64,000 nucleotides of DNA, taken from assembly GCA_963701295.1 (NCBI GenBank), contig OY969585.1:1248001-1312000 (forward strand). The letters are read 5' to 3'. The position numbers and the translations under genes are program-made. This document shows, piece after piece, positions 31,236 through 39,825 of the stretch. This DNA comes from Ignavibacteriota bacterium (GTDB lineage Bacteria; Bacteroidota; Ignavibacteria; UBA10030). The notes under the pieces are model-generated. The model did no database searches. It worked only from the letters and a program-made list of their open reading frames with translations, and was not told the DNA's origin. Position 1 is the stretch's first letter. Each line of letters opens with the position of its first letter.

Positions 31236-32249
31236 TTAGATTGTGATTTCAAGAACAAACAGAATGACAGCGAGTGCAGCGAATATAATCTGAACAGGTA
31301 CTGCAATCTTCATTTCTTTCTTAACACCAGCAAGTGAAGTATAAGTTGATGCACCTGTAAAATTCATAGCGAGGAACGATGAAAAATTTGATATAAAGAA
31401 TATTTCAGCGAGGTTTGCTATTAAACTCCCATCCAGAGAATGGTTCAGGAATAATAGTACCGAGACAATTACCCCTATGATGAGTCCCTTAAATGAAAAA
31501 TTTTGCGTAGGAATATATGGGAGAAGTAATGGAGTAAGAACTAATCCTGCAAGATATCCCGCGGCAATAATTTTTGCAATCGGAATAATATTCCTCAATG
31601 CCTGTTGGATTGAATACCCATTTGTATTGATCCCTGAGAGAACAGAGATCACTACTAATAGAGAGAGGAGATAACGAAGGTTATAAATAATATCATTGGG
31701 AATCAGTTTGAGACGATCATACCAATCGAAATTCACGCGTCGCATTTCTTTCGTTGCTTTGTAGCCGGCATGGATGAATGACTGAATATCCGAAGCTCTC
31801 ACCGGACCATAGATGACCGTAAAACCGGAAGATTCTTTTAAGAGATGGGCTGCAACACCTGTTGCGCCAAGCTGCGGAAGGAGAAGCCGTTTGTGTTTAA
31901 CAATTGTACCGAGCGAAGTCGCTTCTATTCTATACACAAGCTCTCTTGTTCCAAATGTTCCTTTTCCAGCTGAACACCAAACATTGACTCCTTTGGTATC
32001 CAAGATCAATAGCCAGATATCCAATCCATTGAGATTCTTACGCAATGTATCAAAGGTGAGCTTATAATTTGCAGTGACGAGAACATCTGAAAAATCATTT
32101 GGTGTGCCAACGGCATATAATCCGGGGGCGACTCGGTAACGATCTCGGCGAATTCCCCAGCGGACTCTGAAAGCACCAAGGTAATCTCTTATGTCCAATT
32201 GTGATGAAATGCGTGGAATCATTCCTGCCGGTGTTTGAATTTCATCCAA
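31236..32249 (-). CDS. hgcA: Mercury methylation corrinoid protein HgcA (core; the native start is probably 32392 across a frameshift)
   Basis: PGLYAVG, VLVTANYKLTFD, cap helix GVNVWCSAGKGTF (NVWCSAGK at 31985-31962), LPQLGATGV, YGPVRASDI, C-terminal TM helices with NFTGASTYTS. Confidence 0.95.
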   Translation of the reverse strand: MDEIQTPAGMIPRISSQLDIRDYLGAFRVRWGIRRDRYRVAPGLYAVGTPNDFSDVLVTANYKLTFDTLRKNLNGLDIWLLILDTKGVNVWCSAGKGTFGTRELVYRIEATSLGTIVKHKRLLLPQLGATGVAAHLLKESSGFTVIYGPVRASDIQSFIHAGYKATKEMRRVNFDWYDRLKLIPNDIIYNLRYLLSLLVVISVLSGINTNGYSIQQALRNIIPIAKIIAAGYLAGLVLTPLLLPYIPTQNFSFKGLIIGVIVSVLLFLNHSLDGSLIANLAEIFFISNFSSFLAMNFTGASTYTSLAGVKKEMKIAVPVQIIFAALAVILFVLEITI

Positions 32250-32392
32250 GATATAACGCCCTTTTTTTTTAAATTGAAGATGGTTTTACTCTCTGCGATT
32301 TGGCAGCCACAATTATCAGCCGGAATTTTCAACTGGAGAGATACCAATTCCTCGGAATTCTCGCAACCGCATGGCTGATTTGAATATCCCAT
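32219..32392 (-). CDS. 57-aa Cys-rich ORF, putative N-terminal segment of HgcA (joined by a -1 shift at A9)
   Basis: ATG 3 nt after the arsC stop; MGYSNQPCGCENSEELVSLQLKIPADNCGCQIAESKTIFNLKKK; the -1 frame continues GRYILDEIQTPAG into HgcA. Confidence 0.7.
   Translation of the reverse strand: MGYSNQPCGCENSEELVSLQLKIPADNCGCQIAESKTIFNLKKKGVISWMKFKHRQE
32261..32273 (-). other. Slippery tract TTT-AAAAAAAAA-G (A9; heptamers T_TTA_AAA and A_AAA_AAG in frame)
   Basis: T9 at 32262-32270 on the plus strand, inside the overlap of the two reading frames. Confidence 0.7.
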
Positions 32393-32395
32393 ATT

Positions 32396-32830
32396 CTATC
32401 TTCGACTATCTTTCAACTTCGATTGATAAAGCTCAAAAAACTTCTCTTTGATTTCATCCCGTACACGCCGAAAAACTGCAAGCACTTCTTCTTCTGTTCC
32501 TGTTGCCTCTGACGGATCATCGAATCTGAAATGGAGACTGTGTTTCACTATTCCGTTAAATACCGGACATGTTTCTTTGGCATGATCGCAGACTGTAATG
32601 ACATAATCGAATGACTCGCTAAGAAATTCATCAACCGACTTTGGATACCCGATACTAATGTTGATTCCCACCTCTTCCATGACCTGAATTGCACGGGAAG
32701 AGACGCGCGATGCCGGATGTGTTCCAGCAGAATAGACTTCCAGGTCCGGATCGAACGATTTCAAAAATCCTTCCGCTATCTGGCTTCTGCAGGAATTACC
32801 GGTGCAGAGGATAAGAATACGCTGCGTCAT
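32396..32830 (-). CDS. arsC: Arsenate reductase, LMW-PTPase (thioredoxin-coupled) type
   Basis: LCTGNSCRSQIAEG, ITVCDHAKETCP, FDDP, FRRVRDEI. Confidence 0.93.
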   Translation of the reverse strand: MTQRILILCTGNSCRSQIAEGFLKSFDPDLEVYSAGTHPASRVSSRAIQVMEEVGINISIGYPKSVDEFLSESFDYVITVCDHAKETCPVFNGIVKHSLHFRFDDPSEATGTEEEVLAVFRRVRDEIKEKFFELYQSKLKDSRR

Positions 32831-32850
32831 AATGATTTCTTTGTTATGAA

Positions 32851-33711
32851 TTATTCATTAATCCATGAAACTGTATATTCAGTGTTTTCTGGAATTTCTA
32901 CCCGGGGGTCTTTGATTACCCATTGTCCATTCAAAGCCAACGCACGTGCAGTGAATTCAAAATGGCACATCGCAATACCCATATCAACGCGTTGTAAATC
33001 GGCAAGTCTGAGAATGTTAAATATCATTGTTCCTTTGCCGTATCCTTTCGTCCGCTGAAGATAAAAATGCCATGCATCACCGATTCGAACAATACGCCAT
33101 GGTTGTTTATTCGAAGCCGATGGAGCCCAGCGAACCATTTCCAATGGCTTAGCATATTCACCAGTAGTATCTACAGATAATGAGTTACCGAATATCTCTG
33201 AAAAGAACAATTGATCTGATGGCAAACGGCGAGCAGCACTCAGGTATTTCCTGATCTGTCCGTTTCTACCTCTTTGCTCCTCATCATATCCGATAGAAAC
33301 AACAGCAGGAATTGATTCTTTCTCACATAACGATATTTTCTTTGCAAAACTGCTCTGGGTAAATGAACCACCAAGCCAGCATGTTCCTACACCAATATTG
33401 GTTGCTGAAAGAATTGCCTGTTCCAGGAGATACCCATAGTCTTCAAGGTTTTTTGATCCTTGCTCAACTGCACCAATAATAAATCCTGTCGGGTTCTTGA
33501 TGAAACCGTATGTGCCGAGTCCTTTCAACGCTTTTCTATCGTCCTGGATAGCAGCAACCAGTTCAAATCGAGCTTTCGTTCCCAGAGGACCAACTTTCAA
33601 TGTTTCTAAAAACCCTCTCAGTTCCTGTTGTTGCGTTTCCTGTACCGGTTCATCAATATAAGAACGGCAGGAATATCGCTGTCTTATGATTTCTTGAATG
33701 GGTTGATTCAT
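32851..33711 (-). CDS. Nitroreductase-family protein (tandem-domain type)
   Basis: RYSCRSY, GTCWLGG, APSASNKQPWR, DMGIAMCHF; alternative start 33729. Confidence 0.88.
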   Translation of the reverse strand: MNQPIQEIIRQRYSCRSYIDEPVQETQQQELRGFLETLKVGPLGTKARFELVAAIQDDRKALKGLGTYGFIKNPTGFIIGAVEQGSKNLEDYGYLLEQAILSATNIGVGTCWLGGSFTQSSFAKKISLCEKESIPAVVSIGYDEEQRGRNGQIRKYLSAARRLPSDQLFFSEIFGNSLSVDTTGEYAKPLEMVRWAPSASNKQPWRIVRIGDAWHFYLQRTKGYGKGTMIFNILRLADLQRVDMGIAMCHFEFTARALALNGQWVIKDPRVEIPENTEYTVSWINE

Positions 33712-33739
33712 TCTTCTTTCCTGAAGCATACCAGCTGAA

Positions 33740-34177
33740 TTATAAATCTAGTTTCATGCATATAGCCGAACTGCAGCAGCAGCTCCCAAATTGTGATGAT
33801 TTCTTCATAGTGTCATTTTTGATAGAAGAACGATCTACAGCAATAAATCCTTTCTTGGCAAAGAACTTCGATGCGGTTTCTGTTAAAAGCACTATCCTCT
33901 TAATATTCCTCTGTTTTGCCAGTGATATCATCCAGTCTACCAATTGTGTACCGATTTGTTTCTTCTGTAAAGAGGTTGGAACAGCCACGGAACGGAGCAG
34001 CGCATCTTCGTCGTAATATTCAAATCCGGCAACTCCAACGATAGCATTATTCTCAACAGCGAGATAGAATTCAGTCATTGTTGTGCCGACTGTTTCTGTT
34101 GGGAGTTTCTGGCTTTCCAGCAGCGAGCGAATGTCTACGGTGTCTTTTTCTGCCGCTTGACGATACGAAATGTTCAT
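33740..34177 (-). CDS. arsN: GNAT acetyltransferase, ArsN2-like
   Basis: ALLRSVAV, LLTETASKFFAKKGF, C-terminal SQFGSCCCSSAICM; coupled to arsM. Confidence 0.8.
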   Translation of the reverse strand: MNISYRQAAEKDTVDIRSLLESQKLPTETVGTTMTEFYLAVENNAIVGVAGFEYYDEDALLRSVAVPTSLQKKQIGTQLVDWMISLAKQRNIKRIVLLTETASKFFAKKGFIAVDRSSIKNDTMKKSSQFGSCCCSSAICMKLDL

Positions 34178-34983
34178 GACTTCTCCGCATAGACTGTTAT
34201 ACTAAATATACCGATGTGACTTCTCTTGTAATCCTGCAATTGATCTACAGTAAGAAATCTAGAAAGAATATCGTTTGGGATATCGATCTTCCTATCCCTT
34301 TGAATGGTGATATTTATGAAACCGGCTTCTTTAATGATCCGCAGATATTCTTCTTTCTGAACAGCACCGGAAATACATCCAGCGTACAATGTCGCTTCAT
34401 TTCGAAGTTCATCTGAAAGTTCGCCTTGCAGAACGATATCCGAAATACTGAAATGTCCACCTGACTTGATAATTCGGAATGCCTCTGCAAATGCTTTTTT
34501 CTTATTAGGCACTAGATTCATAACACAATTGCTCACGACAACATCAGCGGTACCTGTTTCAATGGGCATATTGTCTATATCACCCAAACGGAATTCCACA
34601 TTCTTGAATCCGAGTTTTTCTGCATTCGTTCGTGCCTTTACAATCATCGCTTCTGTCATATCAATTCCGATAACACGTCCGGTTTCGCTGACGATGGAAC
34701 GCGCAATAAAGCAATCATTCCCTGCGCCCGAACCAAGATCGATAACTGTGTCGCCTGATTTGATTTGAGCAAACTCTGTCGGCAAGCCGCATCCTAATGC
34801 AAGATCAGCATCGGGGACATAGCCGGGAAGTTTTGTATAATCTTCAGCCATGATCGAAAAATCCACATTCGAACATCCGCAGCCGCTGCCGCAGCAAGAG
34901 GATTGGTTCTGCTCTTTGGTTTGCTGTGCAATGGCTCCGTATTTCTCTTTCACCATTTCTTTGATCTCTCGTTCGGTATTCAT
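34174..34983 (-). CDS. arsM: Arsenite S-adenosylmethionine methyltransferase
   Basis: VKEKYG, SSCCG, LGCGLP, DLGSGAGND, SNCVMNL, YAGCISGA; conserved Cys present. Confidence 0.95.
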   Translation of the reverse strand: MNTEREIKEMVKEKYGAIAQQTKEQNQSSCCGSGCGCSNVDFSIMAEDYTKLPGYVPDADLALGCGLPTEFAQIKSGDTVIDLGSGAGNDCFIARSIVSETGRVIGIDMTEAMIVKARTNAEKLGFKNVEFRLGDIDNMPIETGTADVVVSNCVMNLVPNKKKAFAEAFRIIKSGGHFSISDIVLQGELSDELRNEATLYAGCISGAVQKEEYLRIIKEAGFINITIQRDRKIDIPNDILSRFLTVDQLQDYKRSHIGIFSITVYAEKS

Positions 34984-35004
34984 ATGTCATTCTCCTATAA
35001 ATAA

Positions 35005-35024
35005 CTATCGCAATATTACGATAG
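35005..35024. promoter_or_regulatory. ArsR operator copy between arsR3 and arsM
   Basis: CTATCGCAATATTACGATAG near-perfect palindrome matching 35371-35388. Confidence 0.75.
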
Positions 35025-35041
35025 ATGAGTATAAAAAATTT

Positions 35042-35362
35042 TCAACAACACGATTTCACGTTATTCAGAAACTGAGCAAGAATCTGTTTTGCTTCCTGCC
35101 ATGCTTTTTTATTAATGCAGTAACACACCTTCGGTCCTTCAATCTCGCCTTTGATTAGACCGATACGTTTCAATTCAGCAAGATGTTGTGATACAGTCGC
35201 CTGAGACAGGGGGAGTTCTTCCACAATGTCGCCGCAAACACAAGCATTTTGTTTAGCTAGGAATTCTAGAATTGCAATTCGTGCCGGATGTGCAAAAGCT
35301 TTCCCGAGATCCGCGAGGCGATTCTGACTGTTGCTAAAAACTTCTTTCTTTGATGTTCCCAT
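35042..35362 (-). CDS. arsR: ArsR arsenic-responsive repressor (3), first gene of the ars/hgc operon
   Basis: KAFAHPARIAIL, ACVCGD, SQATVSQHL, C-terminal CC; start reassigned to MGTSK at 35362. Confidence 0.93.
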   Translation of the reverse strand: MGTSKKEVFSNSQNRLADLGKAFAHPARIAILEFLAKQNACVCGDIVEELPLSQATVSQHLAELKRIGLIKGEIEGPKVCYCINKKAWQEAKQILAQFLNNVKSCC

Positions 35363-35370
35363 AATTCTTA

Positions 35371-35388
35371 TATCGTAATAATACGATA
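35371..35388. promoter_or_regulatory. ArsR operator upstream of arsR3
   Basis: Perfect inverted repeat TATCGTA-ataa-TACGATA, 8 nt upstream of the start codon. Confidence 0.8.
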
Positions 35389-35455
35389 GAAGTTTCACAA
35401 AAACAAGAAAAAAATGAGATGATGCCTTTATACGCGGGAAAATGGGTCGTTCTGT

Positions 35456-35502
35456 AAAAAAACTTCTGGCTTTCCGAAGAAAAAACCTAAAACTGGAAAG
35501 CC
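35456..35502 (-). terminator. Putative intrinsic terminator after ftsZ
   Basis: GGCTTTCC/GGAAAGCC 8-bp stem with a 19-nt loop, followed on the minus strand by AGAAG-T7. Confidence 0.45.
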
Positions 35503-35589
35503 GCAAATGCGTGAGTCATCCCTCATTCCCACCGTGCAAGGAGAGAAGAGAAAGTACATCACTTCTATCAATATGAAATAGCCGCCCGA

Positions 35590-36765
35590 TTAGTCCATGA
35601 TCTTACGAAGGAACGCTGGACGTTCGGTATCGGACTTGTCAATCCTTTCTCTTTGCATACCGACTTCTCGAAGCGGAGCATTTGGAATTTCTACACCGCG
35701 ACGTACGAATGTCGGCACCTCAAAACGCTGCAACTCTGTTGGACCGACTGGCACATGGTCGATCAGTTTCGCTGTTGGTTTTGCAGGCCGTTGAACTGCC
35801 GCTGCTCGTTTGTTGAAACCGGTTGCGATGACGGTTACCATAATCTCTTCTGTCATGTTTTCATCAATGACAGTGCCGAGAATAACGTTTGCTTCCTCGC
35901 CTGCTGCTTCGTGAATGATTTTTGTTGCTTCATCCACTTCCATAAGGCTGAGTTCTTTACCGCCCGTGATATTGATGAGAATGCCCTGTGCTCCGGCGAT
36001 GGATACACCTTCAAGTAACGGGCTGGAAATTGCCATTTGTGCTGCTTCGGTTGCACGGTTTTCGCCTGAAGCAATACCGGTGCCCATGAGCGCGTCGCCC
36101 ATTTCTTTCATGATAGTACGCACATCGGCAAAGTCTACGTTGATGTAGCCTGGGACAGTGATGACTTCCGAGATGCCGCGCGTGGCATTATATAAAACCT
36201 GATTGGCTATTTCAAATGCTTCAAGAATAGGAGTGCGTCGATCAATAAGATCAAGAAGCCTTTGGTTGGGAATGACGATGAGCGTATCGACATTCTTCTT
36301 CATCTCTTCAATTCCTTGCTCGGCTTGTCCATTTCTTCGTTTGCCTTCGCTGTTAAAGGGCTTCGTCACGATACCTACTACAAGTGCACCGACACTTTTT
36401 GCGATGCTGGCTACTAATGGTGCACCGCCGGTACCGGTACCACCGCCCATTCCTGCAGTGATGAATACCATATCACAACCGGACAGGGCCTGCGCGATTT
36501 CTTCCCGATCCTCTTCTACAGCACGGAAACCAATACTGGGGTCAGCGCCGGCGCCGAGTCCGCGCGTGAGGTTTTTGCCAATTTGAAGTTTATGCGGAGC
36601 TTTATTGCGTTCCAGTGCTTGCAGATCTGTGTTGATGATAACGAAATCAACACCAGCAAGACCTTTATCGATCATACTATTGACGGCATTGCCTCCGCCT
36701 CCGCCAACACCAACAACACGAATTTTTGCTCCTCGACCAGTTACGGTGTCAAGTTCGATAGGCAC
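35590..36765 (-). CDS. ftsZ: Cell division protein FtsZ
   Basis: [28 protein letters not shown]-terminal PAFLRK. Confidence 0.99.
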   Translation of the reverse strand: MPIELDTVTGRGAKIRVVGVGGGGGNAVNSMIDKGLAGVDFVIINTDLQALERNKAPHKLQIGKNLTRGLGAGADPSIGFRAVEEDREEIAQALSGCDMVFITAGMGGGTGTGGAPLVASIAKSVGALVVGIVTKPFNSEGKRRNGQAEQGIEEMKKNVDTLIVIPNQRLLDLIDRRTPILEAFEIANQVLYNATRGISEVITVPGYINVDFADVRTIMKEMGDALMGTGIASGENRATEAAQMAISSPLLEGVSIAGAQGILINITGGKELSLMEVDEATKIIHEAAGEEANVILGTVIDENMTEEIMVTVIATGFNKRAAAVQRPAKPTAKLIDHVPVGPTELQRFEVPTFVRRGVEIPNAPLREVGMQRERIDKSDTERPAFLRKIMD

Positions 36766-36821
36766 GGTGGGTTCTCCTTTTATTTGTTGTGAAATTATTG
36801 TTAATAAAGTTCTTACTCGTA

Positions 36822-38060
36822 TTACAGTTCGTCAAACCACGATTTCATTTTCTGGAAGATCGTTCTACCTTTTCCGTCTTGAATGACTGCTTTTACACCG
36901 GAACGATCACGATGCTTTAATTCATGCATCACTAATCCGACGCCTGTGGCGTAAATTGGATTCTCGATTTCTCGAACGAGGCCAGAGCTGAATCCGCCTG
37001 GAATTCCAATCTTTACTGGCATTCCGAGTACCTCCTTTGCAAGATCAGCAGTTCCTTTAATAAGTGAGCCGCCACCGGTGAGCACAACACCTGCTGAAAG
37101 ATGCTTAGAATACCCGGAACGTTTGATCTCCATCGCAGCAAATTCTAAAATTTCTTCCATCCGTGGCTGAATAACTTTGCAGAGTAAATGTTTGTCGATT
37201 TCGAGCGGTGCGCGTCCGCCAATACCGGGAATTTGAATCGGCTGGTTATCCACGATTGCAGGCTCGTACGTGAAGCCATAATCCACTTTGATTTTCTCGG
37301 CTTGATCTGTGAGGATGCCAAATCCTTTACGAATATCGTCCGTTACTTTTCTGCCGGCAATACCAATGACAGCTGTATGACGAATAGTTCGTTCCTCGAA
37401 CACGGCGAGATCCGTTGTGCCACCGCCGATATCGAGAAGCGCCACGCCCACTTCTTTTTCTTCATCATCCAAAACTGCATAACTCGATGCAAGTGGTTCG
37501 AGCACCATATCGTTGACATGCAAACCGGCGCGTTGGACGCATTTGTAAATGTTTTGCGCTGCCGTAACTAGTCCGGTGATGATATGAACAATCGCTTCCA
37601 TGCGGACACCGGACATTCCGACAGGATCGTAAATGCTATCCTGTCCATCGACAATGAATTGCTGGGGAATGACATGAATAATTCTTCGGTCAAGCGGAAG
37701 TGCGACACGTTTTGTATCCTCAATAAGCCGATCAACATCTTCCTGCGTAATTTCATTTTCCGGCCTGCTGATACTGATGACTCCGCGGCTTTGAAAACTC
37801 TGAATGTGGTCGCCAGCGATACCGACTGTCACAGAACTAATTTTTACACCGGATTGCTGTTCAGCATCCTGGACAGCCGATTGAATGGAACGAACAGTTT
37901 TTTCAATGTTTGTCACCACACCACGGGTCAATCCTTCAGATGTGCTCTTGCCAATGCCAAGTATTTTCAGTTTCCCGGGATAATTGTCATCTGGTGATGC
38001 AACAATTGCACATACTTTTGTGGTACCAATATCTAATCCAACTGCTATATCCTGCTCCAT
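36822..38060 (-). CDS. ftsA: Cell division protein FtsA
   Basis: [31 protein letters not shown]. Confidence 0.98.
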   Translation of the reverse strand: MEQDIAVGLDIGTTKVCAIVASPDDNYPGKLKILGIGKSTSEGLTRGVVTNIEKTVRSIQSAVQDAEQQSGVKISSVTVGIAGDHIQSFQSRGVISISRPENEITQEDVDRLIEDTKRVALPLDRRIIHVIPQQFIVDGQDSIYDPVGMSGVRMEAIVHIITGLVTAAQNIYKCVQRAGLHVNDMVLEPLASSYAVLDDEEKEVGVALLDIGGGTTDLAVFEERTIRHTAVIGIAGRKVTDDIRKGFGILTDQAEKIKVDYGFTYEPAIVDNQPIQIPGIGGRAPLEIDKHLLCKVIQPRMEEILEFAAMEIKRSGYSKHLSAGVVLTGGGSLIKGTADLAKEVLGMPVKIGIPGGFSSGLVREIENPIYATGVGLVMHELKHRDRSGVKAVIQDGKGRTIFQKMKSWFDEL

Positions 38061-38105
38061 ATCACATCCTTCTCGTCATAAATATTTTCATTAAATAATC
38101 TTTCG

Positions 38106-38867
38106 TTATAGACTCTTTGTTGCTAATGGTTCTTGACTCCAGCGTGCAACGATCTGATCTTGATACCTTAAATCCACATATTGCAAGTATTGCACTCCAC
38201 GCGTTCGTACAATATCATTCCAAAATATTTCCAATCGAATAAGTTTTCCAGGAAGTTCACCGCGTCCAAAAATAATAGGCACACCGCCTTCCGCCGAGTA
38301 GAGCACAATATCTCCACCATTTCGCACTTGTATTTCTGAAATATTATGATACAATGGACGATTCACGGTTCTTAACACTGCAAGCAATTGCAGAGCTTCG
38401 ATTTCGTCTGGCTGAGTAATGGTTGAACCTAAAACAAAGGGCTCACTTGCCGAAATTCCGCTGATCATGGGCAGATCAAAAATCTTGTACGAAACAGTTT
38501 TGGGAAGTACGACTCCATCTTCATCTAAATACACTGGTTCGGAGAGATTCACCATGGCGACAGGAACGCGCTCAATAATTTGAATATGTATTGAATTGGG
38601 TAAGTTTCGCTCAACCACAGCATCTTTGATATAATAATGGCTCATGACATTTTGTTGAATTGCGGTTAAGTCAACTTTATACAGAAGTGCACCTATTTGT
38701 ACTTGAGTAAGTTGAATAATTTCATTCGTGTTGACGATCCGGTTGCCGTCTATTTTAATTTGATTGATTTTCAAACTTGATTTCCATGCATTAGCACCGA
38801 ATGCAAGACAAACCACCAAAGCTATCAGCATCAGCACATGAAAAGTCTTCGGTTTTGATTCGTTCAT
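38106..38867 (-). CDS. ftsQ: Cell division protein FtsQ/DivIB
   Basis: N-terminal TM, POTRA-like IDGNRIV...ERVPVA, YVDLRYQDQIV; position in the cluster. Confidence 0.9.
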   Translation of the reverse strand: MNESKPKTFHVLMLIALVVCLAFGANAWKSSLKINQIKIDGNRIVNTNEIIQLTQVQIGALLYKVDLTAIQQNVMSHYYIKDAVVERNLPNSIHIQIIERVPVAMVNLSEPVYLDEDGVVLPKTVSYKIFDLPMISGISASEPFVLGSTITQPDEIEALQLLAVLRTVNRPLYHNISEIQVRNGGDIVLYSAEGGVPIIFGRGELPGKLIRLEIFWNDIVRTRGVQYLQYVDLRYQDQIVARWSQEPLATKSL

Positions 38868-39778
38868 GCTGCTTCCTTCGCAGAACTGGAGAATCCGACC
38901 ATCCTAACTTCCAACTCCAACATCACTCCTGAATTTTGATATACCGTACGCTTCACCAAATCGATGAGTTTTACTATGTCCTCTGCTTTCGCATTGCCAA
39001 GATTGATAATGAAATTTGCATGCTTCTCTGATATCTGTGCGTCGCCCACTCGTTTGCCTTTTAATCCGGCTTGTTCAATCAATTTTGCCGCAAATGTATT
39101 TGGTGGATTCTTGAACATACTACCAAGGTTTGGAAATTCCAGCGGCTGAGTCTCATTGCGGCGAAGGATCAATTCCCGACGCTTTGCACTGAGCGGTTCT
39201 TTGTCCCCTCGTTGAAGCTTAAATGCTGCACTCAGCACAACATCTTGATCAAATCCCGAATGCCGATATGAGAACTGCGCATTTTCATTCTTCACTTGCT
39301 GTGTATGTCCATTGCGGATGACTTCAACTTCAATAAGATGATCGGCAATTTCGCCGTCGTGAGCACCGGCATTCATTGCTACTGCGCCGCCGATAGTACC
39401 GGGAATTCCAGCAAGCATTTCCACACCAGCAAGTTCATTCTGAATACAGAAGTCAACAAATTTTGTCAACCATACCCCAGCTTCAGCAATGACAAAATTG
39501 CCATCGATATAAATTTTTGAAAGTGCCTGTTCAACATTTATAACAGCACCTCGAATTCCTTCGTCACTGACAAGGAGGTTGCTTCCCCGACCGAGAACCA
39601 TCCACGAATAATGATGGGTGTGAAAATAGGCGATGATTGCCTTGAGATCATCTTTATCCATCGGTTCGATGTAGAAATCTGCCGGCCCACCGACCTTCAT
39701 CCATGTATATTTTCTCATTGGTTCATCAACAGCAATGTTGCCGCGGAGTATCTTCTGTATGTCATTTAAAGAGATCAT
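38864..39778 (-). CDS. murB: UDP-N-acetylenolpyruvoylglucosamine reductase
   Basis: GGPAD, GRGSNLL, GIPGTIGGAVAMNAGA, GSMFKNP, HANFIIN; alternative start 39790. Confidence 0.96.
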   Translation of the reverse strand: MISLNDIQKILRGNIAVDEPMRKYTWMKVGGPADFYIEPMDKDDLKAIIAYFHTHHYSWMVLGRGSNLLVSDEGIRGAVINVEQALSKIYIDGNFVIAEAGVWLTKFVDFCIQNELAGVEMLAGIPGTIGGAVAMNAGAHDGEIADHLIEVEVIRNGHTQQVKNENAQFSYRHSGFDQDVVLSAAFKLQRGDKEPLSAKRRELILRRNETQPLEFPNLGSMFKNPPNTFAAKLIEQAGLKGKRVGDAQISEKHANFIINLGNAKAEDIVKLIDLVKRTVYQNSGVMLELEVRMVGFSSSAKEAA

Positions 39779-39825
39779 TGTTTCATGCAAGGGAATATTT
39801 TTAACCTGCTCGGATTTATTCCTTT

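Noticed and set aside
32219-32221. TGA ending the Cys-rich upstream ORF as a possible selenocysteine codon
   Set aside because: It is not in the HgcA frame and not in a Cys-like context; read-through would not produce HgcA
31236-32249. Alternative call as CdhE/AcsC corrinoid Fe-S protein
   Set aside because: The cap-helix Cys motif, C-terminal TM domain and adjacent HgcB-type ferredoxin indicate HgcA; no Wood-Ljungdahl genes are nearby
35363-35506. Long N-terminal extensions in the ORF track for arsR3 (also arsR2, hgcB, mreD, proC)
   Set aside because: They run over operators, promoters, terminators or upstream genes; downstream starts fit better
26229-35589. Island as an intact mobile element
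   Set aside because: No integrase, transposase, tRNA or flanking att repeat was found
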